Source of the DNA: Hyphomicrobiales bacterium | GTDB lineage: Bacteria > Pseudomonadota > Alphaproteobacteria > Rhizobiales > Methyloligellaceae | DNA: 32,000 bases | Direction of reading: 5' to 3' | NCBI GenBank assembly: GCA_003228955.1 | Contig: QIGN01000126.1 | Location: forward strand, 6,873 to 38,872 | Shown: positions 1-8,458 of the stretch, in pieces | Layout: the number at the start of each line of letters is the position of its first letter | How positions within the stretch are numbered: position 1 is the stretch's first letter | Position numbers and translations under genes: made by a program | Notes under the pieces: model-generated | Databases searched by the model: none | What the model was told of the DNA's origin: nothing | The model's input: only the letters and a program-made list of their open reading frames with translations

Positions 1-930
1 GTGAGTGTTGGCACCGATATTACGTCGCTGAAAAAGAGCCAGCAGCGGCAATTGAAGAGTGAGGAAGAACTCAAGGCAACCATCACCGATCTTCGCCATT
101 CGCGGCGCGAGCTGGAGCAGCAGAAGCAGCAACTCGTCGATCTGATGGAAAAATATGCGACGGAGAAGAACCGCGCCGAGGCCGCCAACCGTACAAAATC
201 GGAATTCCTGGCCAATGTCAGCCATGAATTGAGAACACCTCTCAACGCGGTCATCGGTTTCTCCGAAATCATGAAAAACGGTTTGTTCGGCCCGGTGGGC
301 AATCCGAAATATGTTGAGTATGCCCGCGACATTCATGAAAGCGGGAAATACCTTCTGGAAGTCATAAATGACGTCCTTGATATGTCCAAGATCGAGGCGG
401 GGCGCATCAGTCTTGACATCAAACCGCTGGACACCGGCGAGATTATAGATGACAGCATCCGCGTTGTCGCACCGGCCGCGGCGGAACGCGCAATCGAGGT
501 CAAGCGCGCCGGGCTAAAGCAACTCAAGATGCGTGCCGACAAGCGCGCCGTGAAGCAAATCCTGCTGAACCTGCTTTCCAATGCGCTGAAGTTCACACCC
601 AGGGACGGAAAAGTAACGGTCAGGCTCACCAGGGCCAAGGGGCACGCAAAGATAACGATTGCCGATACCGGCATTGGTATCCCTGAGTCTGAACTGGGCA
701 AGCTGTGCCAGCCCTTTGAGCAGGTGGAAAACCAATTGACCAAGAGCCACCGGGGCAGCGGCCTCGGTCTGGCAATCTCGCGTTCTCTGGTGGAGATGCA
801 TGGCGGAAAATTCGAGATCAAAAGTACCGAGGCCAAAGGCACGACAGTTATTTGCCATCTACCGCTCAAACCAATTCTGGTTGACGATGCAGAAGGCGCG
901 GAGGGGAATGCCGCGGATGATAATGCCTGA
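1..930 (+). CDS. Sensor histidine kinase, C-terminal part (coiled-coil linker + HisKA + HATPase_c; PleC/DivJ/PdhS-like). The 5' end lies outside the window
   Basis: ORF is open from base 1. H-box FLANVSHELRTPLNAVIGFSE, N-box LLNLLSNALKFT, G1 DTGIGI, G2 GSGLGLAISRSL. KYVEYARDIHESGKYLLEVINDVLDMSKIEAG resembles the cell-cycle kinase family. Confidence 0.85.
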   Translation: MSVGTDITSLKKSQQRQLKSEEELKATITDLRHSRRELEQQKQQLVDLMEKYATEKNRAEAANRTKSEFLANVSHELRTPLNAVIGFSEIMKNGLFGPVGNPKYVEYARDIHESGKYLLEVINDVLDMSKIEAGRISLDIKPLDTGEIIDDSIRVVAPAAAERAIEVKRAGLKQLKMRADKRAVKQILLNLLSNALKFTPRDGKVTVRLTRAKGHAKITIADTGIGIPESELGKLCQPFEQVENQLTKSHRGSGLGLAISRSLVEMHGGKFEIKSTEAKGTTVICHLPLKPILVDDAEGAEGNAADDNA

Positions 931-957
931 TTGGATGCCGAGCGTCTGGGGTGGCCG

Positions 958-1500
958 CTAACGCGCGCCCCTACCCGGCGCGTCCTTCTGGCGGCGCTTG
1001 TGCCCGCGCCGATGTTTGAAACCGGCACGGATATTCTTCACAAGCTCCTGACGCTCCTCAAGCGAGAAATCCTTCATCAATTCCAGCATCGTCATATGCA
1101 GGGACTGGTGCATCCCGCTTCGTATCTCCCGCAAGCGCCGAAGCGCCCCGGACATATTGTCCTCATTATACGGGTCAGCCAGCGCGGCCGCTCTAACCGC
1201 CTTGCGCGCGTCGCTAATCTGCGCCCGCACCGGCCCGGCGGAAATGCGTTGACGCTCCAGTAATTCGCTCGCACGCTGCCGCTTGGCCTGCGGAAAATCT
1301 TTTATCAGTTTCTCGACGGCTCCGATGACTATCTGATTATGCGCCGCCGCATCACCGCCATAACCATGCTTCCACAAACGCCCGGCAACCAGCCCCACAA
1401 ACAGCAGGTTGAGCCCAAGTGAAATGAACAACAGAGGCTTGAGCCAGCGCCGTTTTTTCGGGCCGTTCTGCACTTCACCTTTCTGGTCACGAGTGCTCAC
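958..1500 (-). CDS. Membrane-anchored periplasmic Spy/CpxP/ZraP-like protein (periplasmic heavy-metal-sensor family)
   Basis: 180-aa ORF with a GTG start overlapping the upstream stop (GTGA). N-terminal TM WLKPLLFISLGLNLLFVGLV followed by all-helical Arg/Glu-rich sequence ending LSLEERQELVKNIRAGF. Last gene of the ECF sigma operon. Confidence 0.55.
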   Translation of the reverse strand: MSTRDQKGEVQNGPKKRRWLKPLLFISLGLNLLFVGLVAGRLWKHGYGGDAAAHNQIVIGAVEKLIKDFPQAKRQRASELLERQRISAGPVRAQISDARKAVRAAALADPYNEDNMSGALRRLREIRSGMHQSLHMTMLELMKDFSLEERQELVKNIRAGFKHRRGHKRRQKDAPGRGAR

Positions 1501-2015
1501 AGCGGCCCTTCCTCGTTCACAGCGCCGCCGTCGTCCAGCCAGGAGATGCTGTCTGCGTCAGTGTTTGAAACTCCGGACATTGCTATCTCAAATGCCCCAT
1601 CCACAGCCGCCCCGCCAATATCCGCCGCCCCGAGGTAAAGCCCGAAAGCGAATGACGCGGCCAGCGCCGCCGCTGGCCATATAGCCCCCATGCGGCGCGC
1701 GGATGCCGACTGCGCCGTGCGGGAACGCGCCGCCTTGATCGGAACGACACGGGCATCACGCCCTGCCCCCCTGATCGCAGCGGCGACAATGCGCGACTTC
1801 AGGGCCGCACTTGCCTCTGGTGCTGGCGCGGCATCCATAAGGCGCGCCATCGCGCTTGCCTCCCCGAGCAACCGCCTGGCATCCGCATTCTTCTCAATCA
1901 GTGCTTCCAAGGTTCGCCGTTCGGCGCCCGGCCAACGTCTGGAATCGGCGCCGAACGTATCCAGCACGCCCTCCAGCCGGGTGAGTTTGCGTTGAACGTT
2001 ATTGCCTTTGGTCAT
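1497..2015 (-). CDS. Putative anti-sigma factor (single-pass membrane protein)
   Basis: 172-aa ORF starting 13 nt after the ECF sigma stop. Cytoplasmic helical N-terminus, one TM (IWPAAALAASFAFGLYLGA), short periplasmic tail. The call rests on position only; no zinc-binding HxxxCxxC motif. Confidence 0.5.
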   Translation of the reverse strand: MTKGNNVQRKLTRLEGVLDTFGADSRRWPGAERRTLEALIEKNADARRLLGEASAMARLMDAAPAPEASAALKSRIVAAAIRGAGRDARVVPIKAARSRTAQSASARRMGAIWPAAALAASFAFGLYLGAADIGGAAVDGAFEIAMSGVSNTDADSISWLDDGGAVNEEGPL

Positions 2016-2028
2016 TTCCGGTCACTCA

Positions 2029-2652
2029 TCAATCCAGCACTTCGGGTAAAACCGCTCTCCAGTGCTGATGCAGGTTCTTCTTTAATGTCCGCCGCCCGCG
2101 CGCCAAAAGAGATTCCACAGCCTCCACACTGGAGTCCATCATTTCCGCAACGCTACTCATGGACAAGTTCTCGTAGTGAAACAATACCAATGCCACTCTC
2201 TGGCGTTCAGGAAGGGCTTGAAGCGCGTCGTCCATAAATGCACGCAAATCCCGTTCTTCGAGTGTTTTGAGCTGAGTGGCGCTGCCGCTGATATCGGGCA
2301 ATTCGTCCACTGTTTGCTCTTTGCGGGCACGCAATTTGTCGATGCAGGCATTCACCGTGACCCGATAGAGCCAGGTGGAGACCCGGGCGCGGCCGGCTTC
2401 CCACTGTTCTGCCCGCCGCCAGAGTTTGAGGAATACATCCTGTGCGACGTCTTCGGCTTCCGTGTCGTCGCCAAGGATACGGCGCGCTACGGCGAGCACG
2501 CGGTCGATACCCGCATCCACGAGAAGCTGAAAGGCCTGCGCGTCGCCCCGCGACACCCGTGCCATCAGCGCCTCGTCGGCCTGCCTCGCCTCGTCTTGCG
2601 AATGACCGGACCTCGATTGCGCCGGGTCCGGTTTCGCCTTGTCTGGTGGCAC
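2029..2652 (-). CDS. ECF-family RNA polymerase sigma factor (sigma-70 regions 2 and 4)
   Basis: Region 2 DAEDVAQDVFLKLWRRAEQW and STWLYRVTVNACIDKLR. Region 4 LPERQRVALVLFHYENLSMSSVAEMMDSSVEAVESLLARGRRTLK. GTG start is uncertain. Confidence 0.9.
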   Translation of the reverse strand: MPPDKAKPDPAQSRSGHSQDEARQADEALMARVSRGDAQAFQLLVDAGIDRVLAVARRILGDDTEAEDVAQDVFLKLWRRAEQWEAGRARVSTWLYRVTVNACIDKLRARKEQTVDELPDISGSATQLKTLEERDLRAFMDDALQALPERQRVALVLFHYENLSMSSVAEMMDSSVEAVESLLARGRRTLKKNLHQHWRAVLPEVLD

Positions 2653-2682
2653 GCTTATGCATCTCCGCGGATATGACCGGGT

Positions 2683-3141
2683 CTACCTCCACATAATATG
2701 GCGCATGCGGCGCGGCATTTCATCCCTCGACACTTTTCCATCTTCATTCAGGTCGAGCCAGGAAAAGCGCTCTTCGGCAAATCGGTTGAATTCAGCCCGT
2801 GTGATTGTTCCATCGCGATCCTTGTCGAAGCGCAGCACAATACGTTTGGTCATGCGTTCGACGCGCTCCTTAACCGCCGCTTCCACTTCCCCCTTGCTCA
2901 CGGCGCCATCTCCGTCATGGTCGAACCTGGCGAAGCGTGCATTGCGCATGGATTTGATCTCTTCGACGGTTATTGCCCCATCCTTGTTCGCATCTGTTTT
3001 GGCCATCCAGCCCATTAAACCCTGGTTATTTGAACGCGCCGCGCCGAACTCCATCTGTCCAAATGCGAAAGTTGTGCTGACCACACCCAGCGCCACTGCA
3101 CCCAATGCCAGACCAATAAACTTCAGAGCACTTATCGCCAT
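2683..3141 (-). CDS. Secreted EF-hand calcium-binding protein (four EF-hand loops)
   Basis: Signal peptide MAISALKFIGLALGAVALGVVSTTFAFG. Loops DANKDGAITVEE, DHDGDGAVSKGE, DKDRDGTITRAE, DLNEDGKVSRDE. Strong SD (GAAGGAGGG) upstream of the ATG. Confidence 0.85.
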   Translation of the reverse strand: MAISALKFIGLALGAVALGVVSTTFAFGQMEFGAARSNNQGLMGWMAKTDANKDGAITVEEIKSMRNARFARFDHDGDGAVSKGEVEAAVKERVERMTKRIVLRFDKDRDGTITRAEFNRFAEERFSWLDLNEDGKVSRDEMPRRMRHIMWR

Positions 3142-3275
3142 ATCTACCCTCCTTCATCCATTTGCCGCACTGGCTCCCCTCTCGGGCGGCTTGTGGGTTC
3201 ATACGGATCAGAGCGTACATGTCCGTCGAAAAATAAATTGAGCGGGAGGAAGTCTGGCTGAAAAACGGCGCCAGC

Positions 3276-6248
3276 CTAGCGTATGAGCCTTTCATAGGAC
3301 TCGCGCACGGCGGAAACGGTCGCTGTCAAATGACCCTCCAGCTCTTCGAAGGAGGGTTTGGCAGTTGCCCGGGTCAGCAATCCCTTGAGGCCGGGAGAGG
3401 CGGTTTTGGGGTCGAAAGGCCGATCCAGGCACAGCCGGACCAACTGGGTCAAATCATGATAAAGACCGGCTGCGGGAACAAGAAGTTGTGCGTCGTCTGA
3501 CGCCAGCACGCCGGCCGCAGCGAGATTTTGAAGGGCTTGGGCTGTATTCTGATTCAGCACTTCGGGTTTCTCATTTGCCGTTATGATCTGCAGGTATTGG
3601 GCGATGAATTCCAGATCAACGATTCCACCGCGCACCTGCTTGAGATTCCACGGATCGTCCGTACCTTTTTCTTTATCGATCCGGACCCGCATATCGTCGA
3701 CATCTTGGGTAATCTCTTTGCGTGCGCGCTTGAGTGTGAGCACATCGCGGATGGCAGCTTCGACTTTTTGCCGCAGAGCGTCAGGGCCTGACACCACTCG
3801 CGCACGGGTCAACGCAAGGTGCTCCCATGTCCAGGCCAAGGTTTTCTGATAATCCACAAAACCGTCCAAATGTGTGGCGACAGGGCCTGACTTGCCCGAT
3901 GGTCTGAGCCGCATATCGACTTCATACAGTGTCCCTTCGGCGGTTTGCGCTGAAAGTGCGCTGATGAGCCGCTGGGTGAAACGGGCATAATATTGTCCGC
4001 CCGAGAGCGGGTGATCGCCATCGGAGGGTCCGGCATCCTCGTCAAAATCGTAGACAATAATGAGATCGAGATCGGAGGCCGCGGTCATCTCGCGGCCGCC
4101 GAGCTTGCCCATGGCAATAACAACCGCTTCTCCACCCTTGATGCGGCCGTGGCGATGGATCAGTTCCTTCTCGACCTGTTCGTGCAGCGAACCGATAAGC
4201 GATTGCGCAAGCAGGGCATACGCCCCACCCGCCTGATCGGCACCGATTGTGCCTGAAAGGATACGCACTCCGATGAGGAAAGCCTGCTCCTGACCGGCGA
4301 TCCGCGCACGGTCCAAGCAGTCCTGATAATCCTCCGCACCCGCCAGTTCCTGGGAAACTATTTCCGCAAGCCCATCGCGCGTCGGCAAATCGCCGAAAAA
4401 ACCGGGATCGAGCACGGCGTCGATTATCTGGCTGCGGCGGCTCAGAACCCGCGCCAATCTGGGCGCCGTCCCCATGATATCGGCGATCAGGCGCAACAGG
4501 CTGGGCGTGGAGCGAAGAAGGGAGAAAAGCTGCACACCCGCGGGCAGTTCCTTCAGGAACCGGTCGAATGAGGTGAAAGCCGCGCCCGGATCCGCCGTCG
4601 CGGCTATCGCCTCGAGCAATTCGGGAAGGATTTCGGCAAGACATTCGCGTGAGCGCTGGCTGCGGGTCGCCGCATAGCGGCCCGAGCGCCACCCGCGTAT
4701 GATTTCAGTTACAGCCTCCGGGTCCTGAAATCCGGCCTCCCTGAGCTTGGCCAAAGCTTCCGGCGACTCATCATCGCCGCGAAATACCGGCGTCTGGTCT
4801 TTCTGGCCGAGTTCGGGCAAACGGGCGAACAGAGCGTCATAATGACCCTGGACCCTTGTTAACCGCGCCACAAGCGCATCGGAAAACGCTTCGGCGTTTT
4901 CAAACCCGCTGAAACGGGCGATGCGCTCCAGATCGTCCGGCTCCGATGGCAGTTTGTGAGTCTGCTCATCTGCAATCATTTGCAGGCGGTGCTCTATCAT
5001 GCGCAGAAAGCGATATGCTTCCGTGAGCTCCCTGGCATCCCGCGCCCCGATCCAACCCTTCTGCGCGAGGCCCTCAAGCGTTGCGACGGTTTGCAGGGTT
5101 CGGAGTTCCGCCTGTCTTCCACCCGCGATCAACTGCTGCGTCTGGGTGAAAAATTCGATTTCCCGTATTCCGCCCCGTCCAAGCTTTACGTCATGGCCCG
5201 CAACTGCAATGCGCCCATGGCCTTTGAATTCATGGACCCGGCGCTTCATGGCGTGAATGTCCGCGACGGCCGCGAAATCGAGATATCTGCGCCAGATAAA
5301 GGGAGCGATCTGCTCCAGAAAGAATGTTCCTGCTTCAACGTCCCCGGCAATCACCCGGGCTTTAATGAGGGCGGCCCGCTCCCAGTTCTGCCCAAAACTC
5401 TCATAATAACTCAGCCCGGCATCCGTGGAGAGGGCGAGCTGGGTGGCGCCCGGATCGGGCCTTAGCCGCAAATCCGTCCGCCATACATACCCTTCTGCCG
5501 TGCGATCCTGGAGAAGGCGCACTAGTGAACGTGTCAGGCGGACGTAAAACGGGGCGGGCTCAATACCCTCTTTCAGATTCGAGCGGGCTGGGTCGAAAAA
5601 GATAATAAGATCGATATCGGAGGAATAGTTGAGTTCCCCGGCGCCAAGTTTACCCATTCCGACGACAAAGTAGCCGCACCCTTCCTCCGGCGCCTCCGGG
5701 TTCGAGGGGACCACATCACCAGAGCGGGCGGCGCGCGTCAGCAGAAACCGCACCGCGCAAGCGACCGAACGGTTAGCCGCGTTGCTGAGGGCCTGAGTCA
5801 CTTCATCATTGCCCCAGACCCCGCCGATATCCGCCAGAGCAATAGCAAGTGCGATCCGGCGCTTGAAAATGCGCAGCAAGACCATGGCCTCTTTTTCCGA
5901 GGAAATGCCTTTGAAATCACGGGCTAGCTCTGCCCCCAACTGGTCCAGATATTTATCCGGGTCGCGGGTGAGACACTGAAACAATGTTTGCGGATTTCGC
6001 AGTATCAAACCGGTCAGGTAGGAAGACGCGCCGAAGATCGTTGTCAGAAGGCCGCTGACACCCTTCTCGTCATCGATCATTGACCCGAGTTCGTGCAAGC
6101 CTGCATCAGCATTGATCGCCGCTCTCAGGTCTTCGAGCGACTGCCTGGCCCTGTCCTGGTCATAGACCTGCCGAGGAGCAGAAATACGCTGATAGAGTTT
6201 TCCCACGCCATCCCCCTGCCGCGCCACAAGTGGCACATCGGCCGGCAA
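3276..6248 (-). CDS. glnE: Bifunctional glutamine synthetase adenylyltransferase / adenylyl-removing enzyme
   Basis: 990-aa ORF with two nucleotidyltransferase modules (GMGKLGAGELNYSSDIDLIIFF and AMGKLGGREMTAASDLDLIIVY), each followed by a GlnE-type helical domain. The start (TTG at 6248) is uncertain. Confidence 0.95.
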   Translation of the reverse strand: MPADVPLVARQGDGVGKLYQRISAPRQVYDQDRARQSLEDLRAAINADAGLHELGSMIDDEKGVSGLLTTIFGASSYLTGLILRNPQTLFQCLTRDPDKYLDQLGAELARDFKGISSEKEAMVLLRIFKRRIALAIALADIGGVWGNDEVTQALSNAANRSVACAVRFLLTRAARSGDVVPSNPEAPEEGCGYFVVGMGKLGAGELNYSSDIDLIIFFDPARSNLKEGIEPAPFYVRLTRSLVRLLQDRTAEGYVWRTDLRLRPDPGATQLALSTDAGLSYYESFGQNWERAALIKARVIAGDVEAGTFFLEQIAPFIWRRYLDFAAVADIHAMKRRVHEFKGHGRIAVAGHDVKLGRGGIREIEFFTQTQQLIAGGRQAELRTLQTVATLEGLAQKGWIGARDARELTEAYRFLRMIEHRLQMIADEQTHKLPSEPDDLERIARFSGFENAEAFSDALVARLTRVQGHYDALFARLPELGQKDQTPVFRGDDESPEALAKLREAGFQDPEAVTEIIRGWRSGRYAATRSQRSRECLAEILPELLEAIAATADPGAAFTSFDRFLKELPAGVQLFSLLRSTPSLLRLIADIMGTAPRLARVLSRRSQIIDAVLDPGFFGDLPTRDGLAEIVSQELAGAEDYQDCLDRARIAGQEQAFLIGVRILSGTIGADQAGGAYALLAQSLIGSLHEQVEKELIHRHGRIKGGEAVVIAMGKLGGREMTAASDLDLIIVYDFDEDAGPSDGDHPLSGGQYYARFTQRLISALSAQTAEGTLYEVDMRLRPSGKSGPVATHLDGFVDYQKTLAWTWEHLALTRARVVSGPDALRQKVEAAIRDVLTLKRARKEITQDVDDMRVRIDKEKGTDDPWNLKQVRGGIVDLEFIAQYLQIITANEKPEVLNQNTAQALQNLAAAGVLASDDAQLLVPAAGLYHDLTQLVRLCLDRPFDPKTASPGLKGLLTRATAKPSFEELEGHLTATVSAVRESYERLIR

Positions 6249-6254
6249 GAAAAA

Positions 6255-7661
6255 TTACAGCCTGCCCGCTATGCCATTGTGCTTGGCGTTTCGGGGCAAT
6301 GACAATACCGCACTCAGGCCCGGCTTGTTGCCGTCCAGCCTAACTTCGCCGCCCTGCGAGTGCGCAACAGCCGCAACCAGGGCGAGCCCAAGGCCGCTGC
6401 CCGGACGTGACCGGCTTTCCTCAAGGCGGACAAAGCGCTTGAGAATCCGTTTGCGATCCTTTGCAAGAACCCCAGGACCGCTGTCTGAAACAGTGATTTC
6501 AATCACATCATCGGTCCTGGCCGCCGAAACATGGATCGCTCCACCTACGTCATCGTCACTGCCATATTTGATCGCATTGTCGATCAGGTTTGCCAGAGCC
6601 TGCCCGATAAGCTGCCTGTCCGCGATCAGATATACATTCTTGGGTGCATTCGCCGTCAATGACATGCCTTTGTCTTCCGCCGCGGGTTCATAAAGCTCGA
6701 CAACATCCTGGATCAACGCGCCCACATCGATTTCCTCCTTTGCTTCGCCAGCCGTGCCTGCTTCCAGCCGGGCAATACTCAACAGGCCATTGAAGGTCTT
6801 GATGAGATCGTCCGCCTCCTCGATCGTGCGCTCAAGCGCCTCGCGATAGATCTTCGCGCCACCCTTCTCACGCAGGGCGGCCTCGGCGCGATTGCGCAGG
6901 CGGTTCAGCGGGGTTTTCAGATCATGAGCAATATTGTCGGAAACTTCGCGCATGCCCGCCATCAGCTGCTCGATTCGCTCCAGCATGACGTTCAGGTTTT
7001 GTGACAGCCTGTCGAGCTCGTCCCCCGAGCCAGATACCGGCACCCGTCCCGACAGATCGCCAGTCATGATGGTCCGGCTGGTTTCGGTAACGGCGTCAAT
7101 ACGGGTAAGAAGACTGCGGCTAACAACCCACCCGCCGCCAAGACCGACAAGCGCCATGAAACCAAGCCCGAGAAAAAATGCCGACCCGACAACCCGCTCG
7201 AACACCCGCCGGTCTTCGATGTCACGCCCGACAATGAGACGAAACCCTCCCGTGAGACGAAAAACACTCGCCAGGGCAAGACGGGATTCGCTCCCGTTCT
7301 GCCCCGGCCTGTCATAGACAAATTCGACACGCCCCACACTGTTCCACAAGTCCCGGGAGATCGACGAGAGATTTCCCGTCACGCGCTCGCCGTCGGAATT
7401 GGTAACCAGATAGAGAGAGTTTCCTGGGGTAAGGCTGCGGTTGGCGACGGTCTTGGCCAGATTGAGCATGCCACCGGCCCGGTATTGCTCCGCCAGCCCC
7501 TGGATTTCAGCCTCAATGGTCTGCTCCAGCTGCCGGTTCAGGAGAACGTTGGTCTGCCAGTAGATGTACCCGATGGCGCCAGCCGCGGCGGTGCCAAAAA
7601 GCGCCATCAGGATCAGCGCGAGACGGAACGTCGTGGTGCGAAACAGTTTATGCACGCTCAA
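6255..7661 (-). CDS. Sensor histidine kinase (2 TM, HAMP, HisKA, HATPase_c)
   Basis: H-box VSDNIAHDLKTPLNRLRNRAE, N-box LANLIDNAIKYG, G1 DSGPGV, G2 GSGLGLALVAAV. Overlaps the 3' end of the response regulator gene. Start is TTG 7661 or GTG 7655. Confidence 0.9.
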   Translation of the reverse strand: MSVHKLFRTTTFRLALILMALFGTAAAGAIGYIYWQTNVLLNRQLEQTIEAEIQGLAEQYRAGGMLNLAKTVANRSLTPGNSLYLVTNSDGERVTGNLSSISRDLWNSVGRVEFVYDRPGQNGSESRLALASVFRLTGGFRLIVGRDIEDRRVFERVVGSAFFLGLGFMALVGLGGGWVVSRSLLTRIDAVTETSRTIMTGDLSGRVPVSGSGDELDRLSQNLNVMLERIEQLMAGMREVSDNIAHDLKTPLNRLRNRAEAALREKGGAKIYREALERTIEEADDLIKTFNGLLSIARLEAGTAGEAKEEIDVGALIQDVVELYEPAAEDKGMSLTANAPKNVYLIADRQLIGQALANLIDNAIKYGSDDDVGGAIHVSAARTDDVIEITVSDSGPGVLAKDRKRILKRFVRLEESRSRPGSGLGLALVAAVAHSQGGEVRLDGNKPGLSAVLSLPRNAKHNGIAGRL

Positions 7662-8328
7662 TGCGGATCGAATAGCCGACGCCCCGCACGGTGTGCAGGA
7701 GCGGCGTATCGAACTCCTTGTCGATTTTCGCCCGCAGCCGCGAAATATGTACGTCTATAACGTTGGTCTGGGGATCGAAATGATAATCCCAGACATTTTC
7801 CAGCAGCATGGTCCGTGTGACCACCTGGCCCGCATGTTTCATGAGATATTCAAGCAGACGGAATTCGCGCGGTTGCAGGAGGATCGGCTGCCCGGCACGC
7901 ACCACTTTATTGGTTAAACGGTCAAGTTCCAGATCGCCGACGGTATATTTCGTGATTGCCTCTTCAGGCGAAGTGCGACGCGCCAGAGCCTCGACACGTG
8001 CCAGAAGTTCGCTGAACGCATAGGGCTTGGTCAGGTAATCGTCCCCGCCGGCACGCAGGCCTTTGACCCTGTCATCCACCTCACCAAGAGCGCTCAGGAT
8101 CAGTGCCGGAGTTTGGACGCCATCTGCTCTCAACTGTGAAATGATAGACAATCCATCGCGCTTGGGAAGCATCCTGTCGACGATCAGCACATCATGCACC
8201 TGCGTCTCCGCAAGTGCGAAACCGCTGTCGCCGTCAGCCGCATGATCCGGCGTATGACCGGATTCCTTTAGTGCCTTGACGAGAAAGGCCGCTGTCTCCG
8301 CATCATCTTCTATGAGTAGTACACGCAT
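7648..8328 (-). CDS. OmpR/PhoB-family response regulator
   Basis: Trimmed from ORF 7648..8574 to ATG at 8328 (MRVLLIEDD). Receiver domain (DVLIVDRMLPKRDG, LTKPYAFSELLARV) plus winged-helix (LQPREFRLLEYLMKHAGQVVTRTMLLENVW, TVRGVGYSI). Confidence 0.9.
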   Translation of the reverse strand: MRVLLIEDDAETAAFLVKALKESGHTPDHAADGDSGFALAETQVHDVLIVDRMLPKRDGLSIISQLRADGVQTPALILSALGEVDDRVKGLRAGGDDYLTKPYAFSELLARVEALARRTSPEEAITKYTVGDLELDRLTNKVVRAGQPILLQPREFRLLEYLMKHAGQVVTRTMLLENVWDYHFDPQTNVIDVHISRLRAKIDKEFDTPLLHTVRGVGYSIRIERA

Positions 8329-8458
8329 GGATTTCCATTGTAGCGCGGATTCAGGACTCTCTTGAACTGTTTGCCCGGAAGATGGATGTGGATGAATGCT
8401 CATGATGGAAATGGCGGCACGACACAACCGGGTCACACCGCCACTTGTCCTGGAGTGA

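Noticed and set aside
333-1028. 231-aa and 114-aa minus-strand ORFs
   Set aside because: Both are antisense to the histidine kinase catalytic domain and have shadow-ORF composition.
4042-4692. 216-aa alternative-frame ORF inside glnE
   Set aside because: It is on the same strand as glnE but out of frame with the continuous 990-aa gene, and its composition is Arg/Gly/Pro-rich.
6248-8458. Whether glnE starting 6 nt after a histidine kinase gene (degP-RR-HK-glnE) is an unusual operon fusion
   Set aside because: As far as I recall, this gene order next to cycHJKL-degP is ordinary conserved synteny in Rhizobiales. The glnE start codon is also uncertain.
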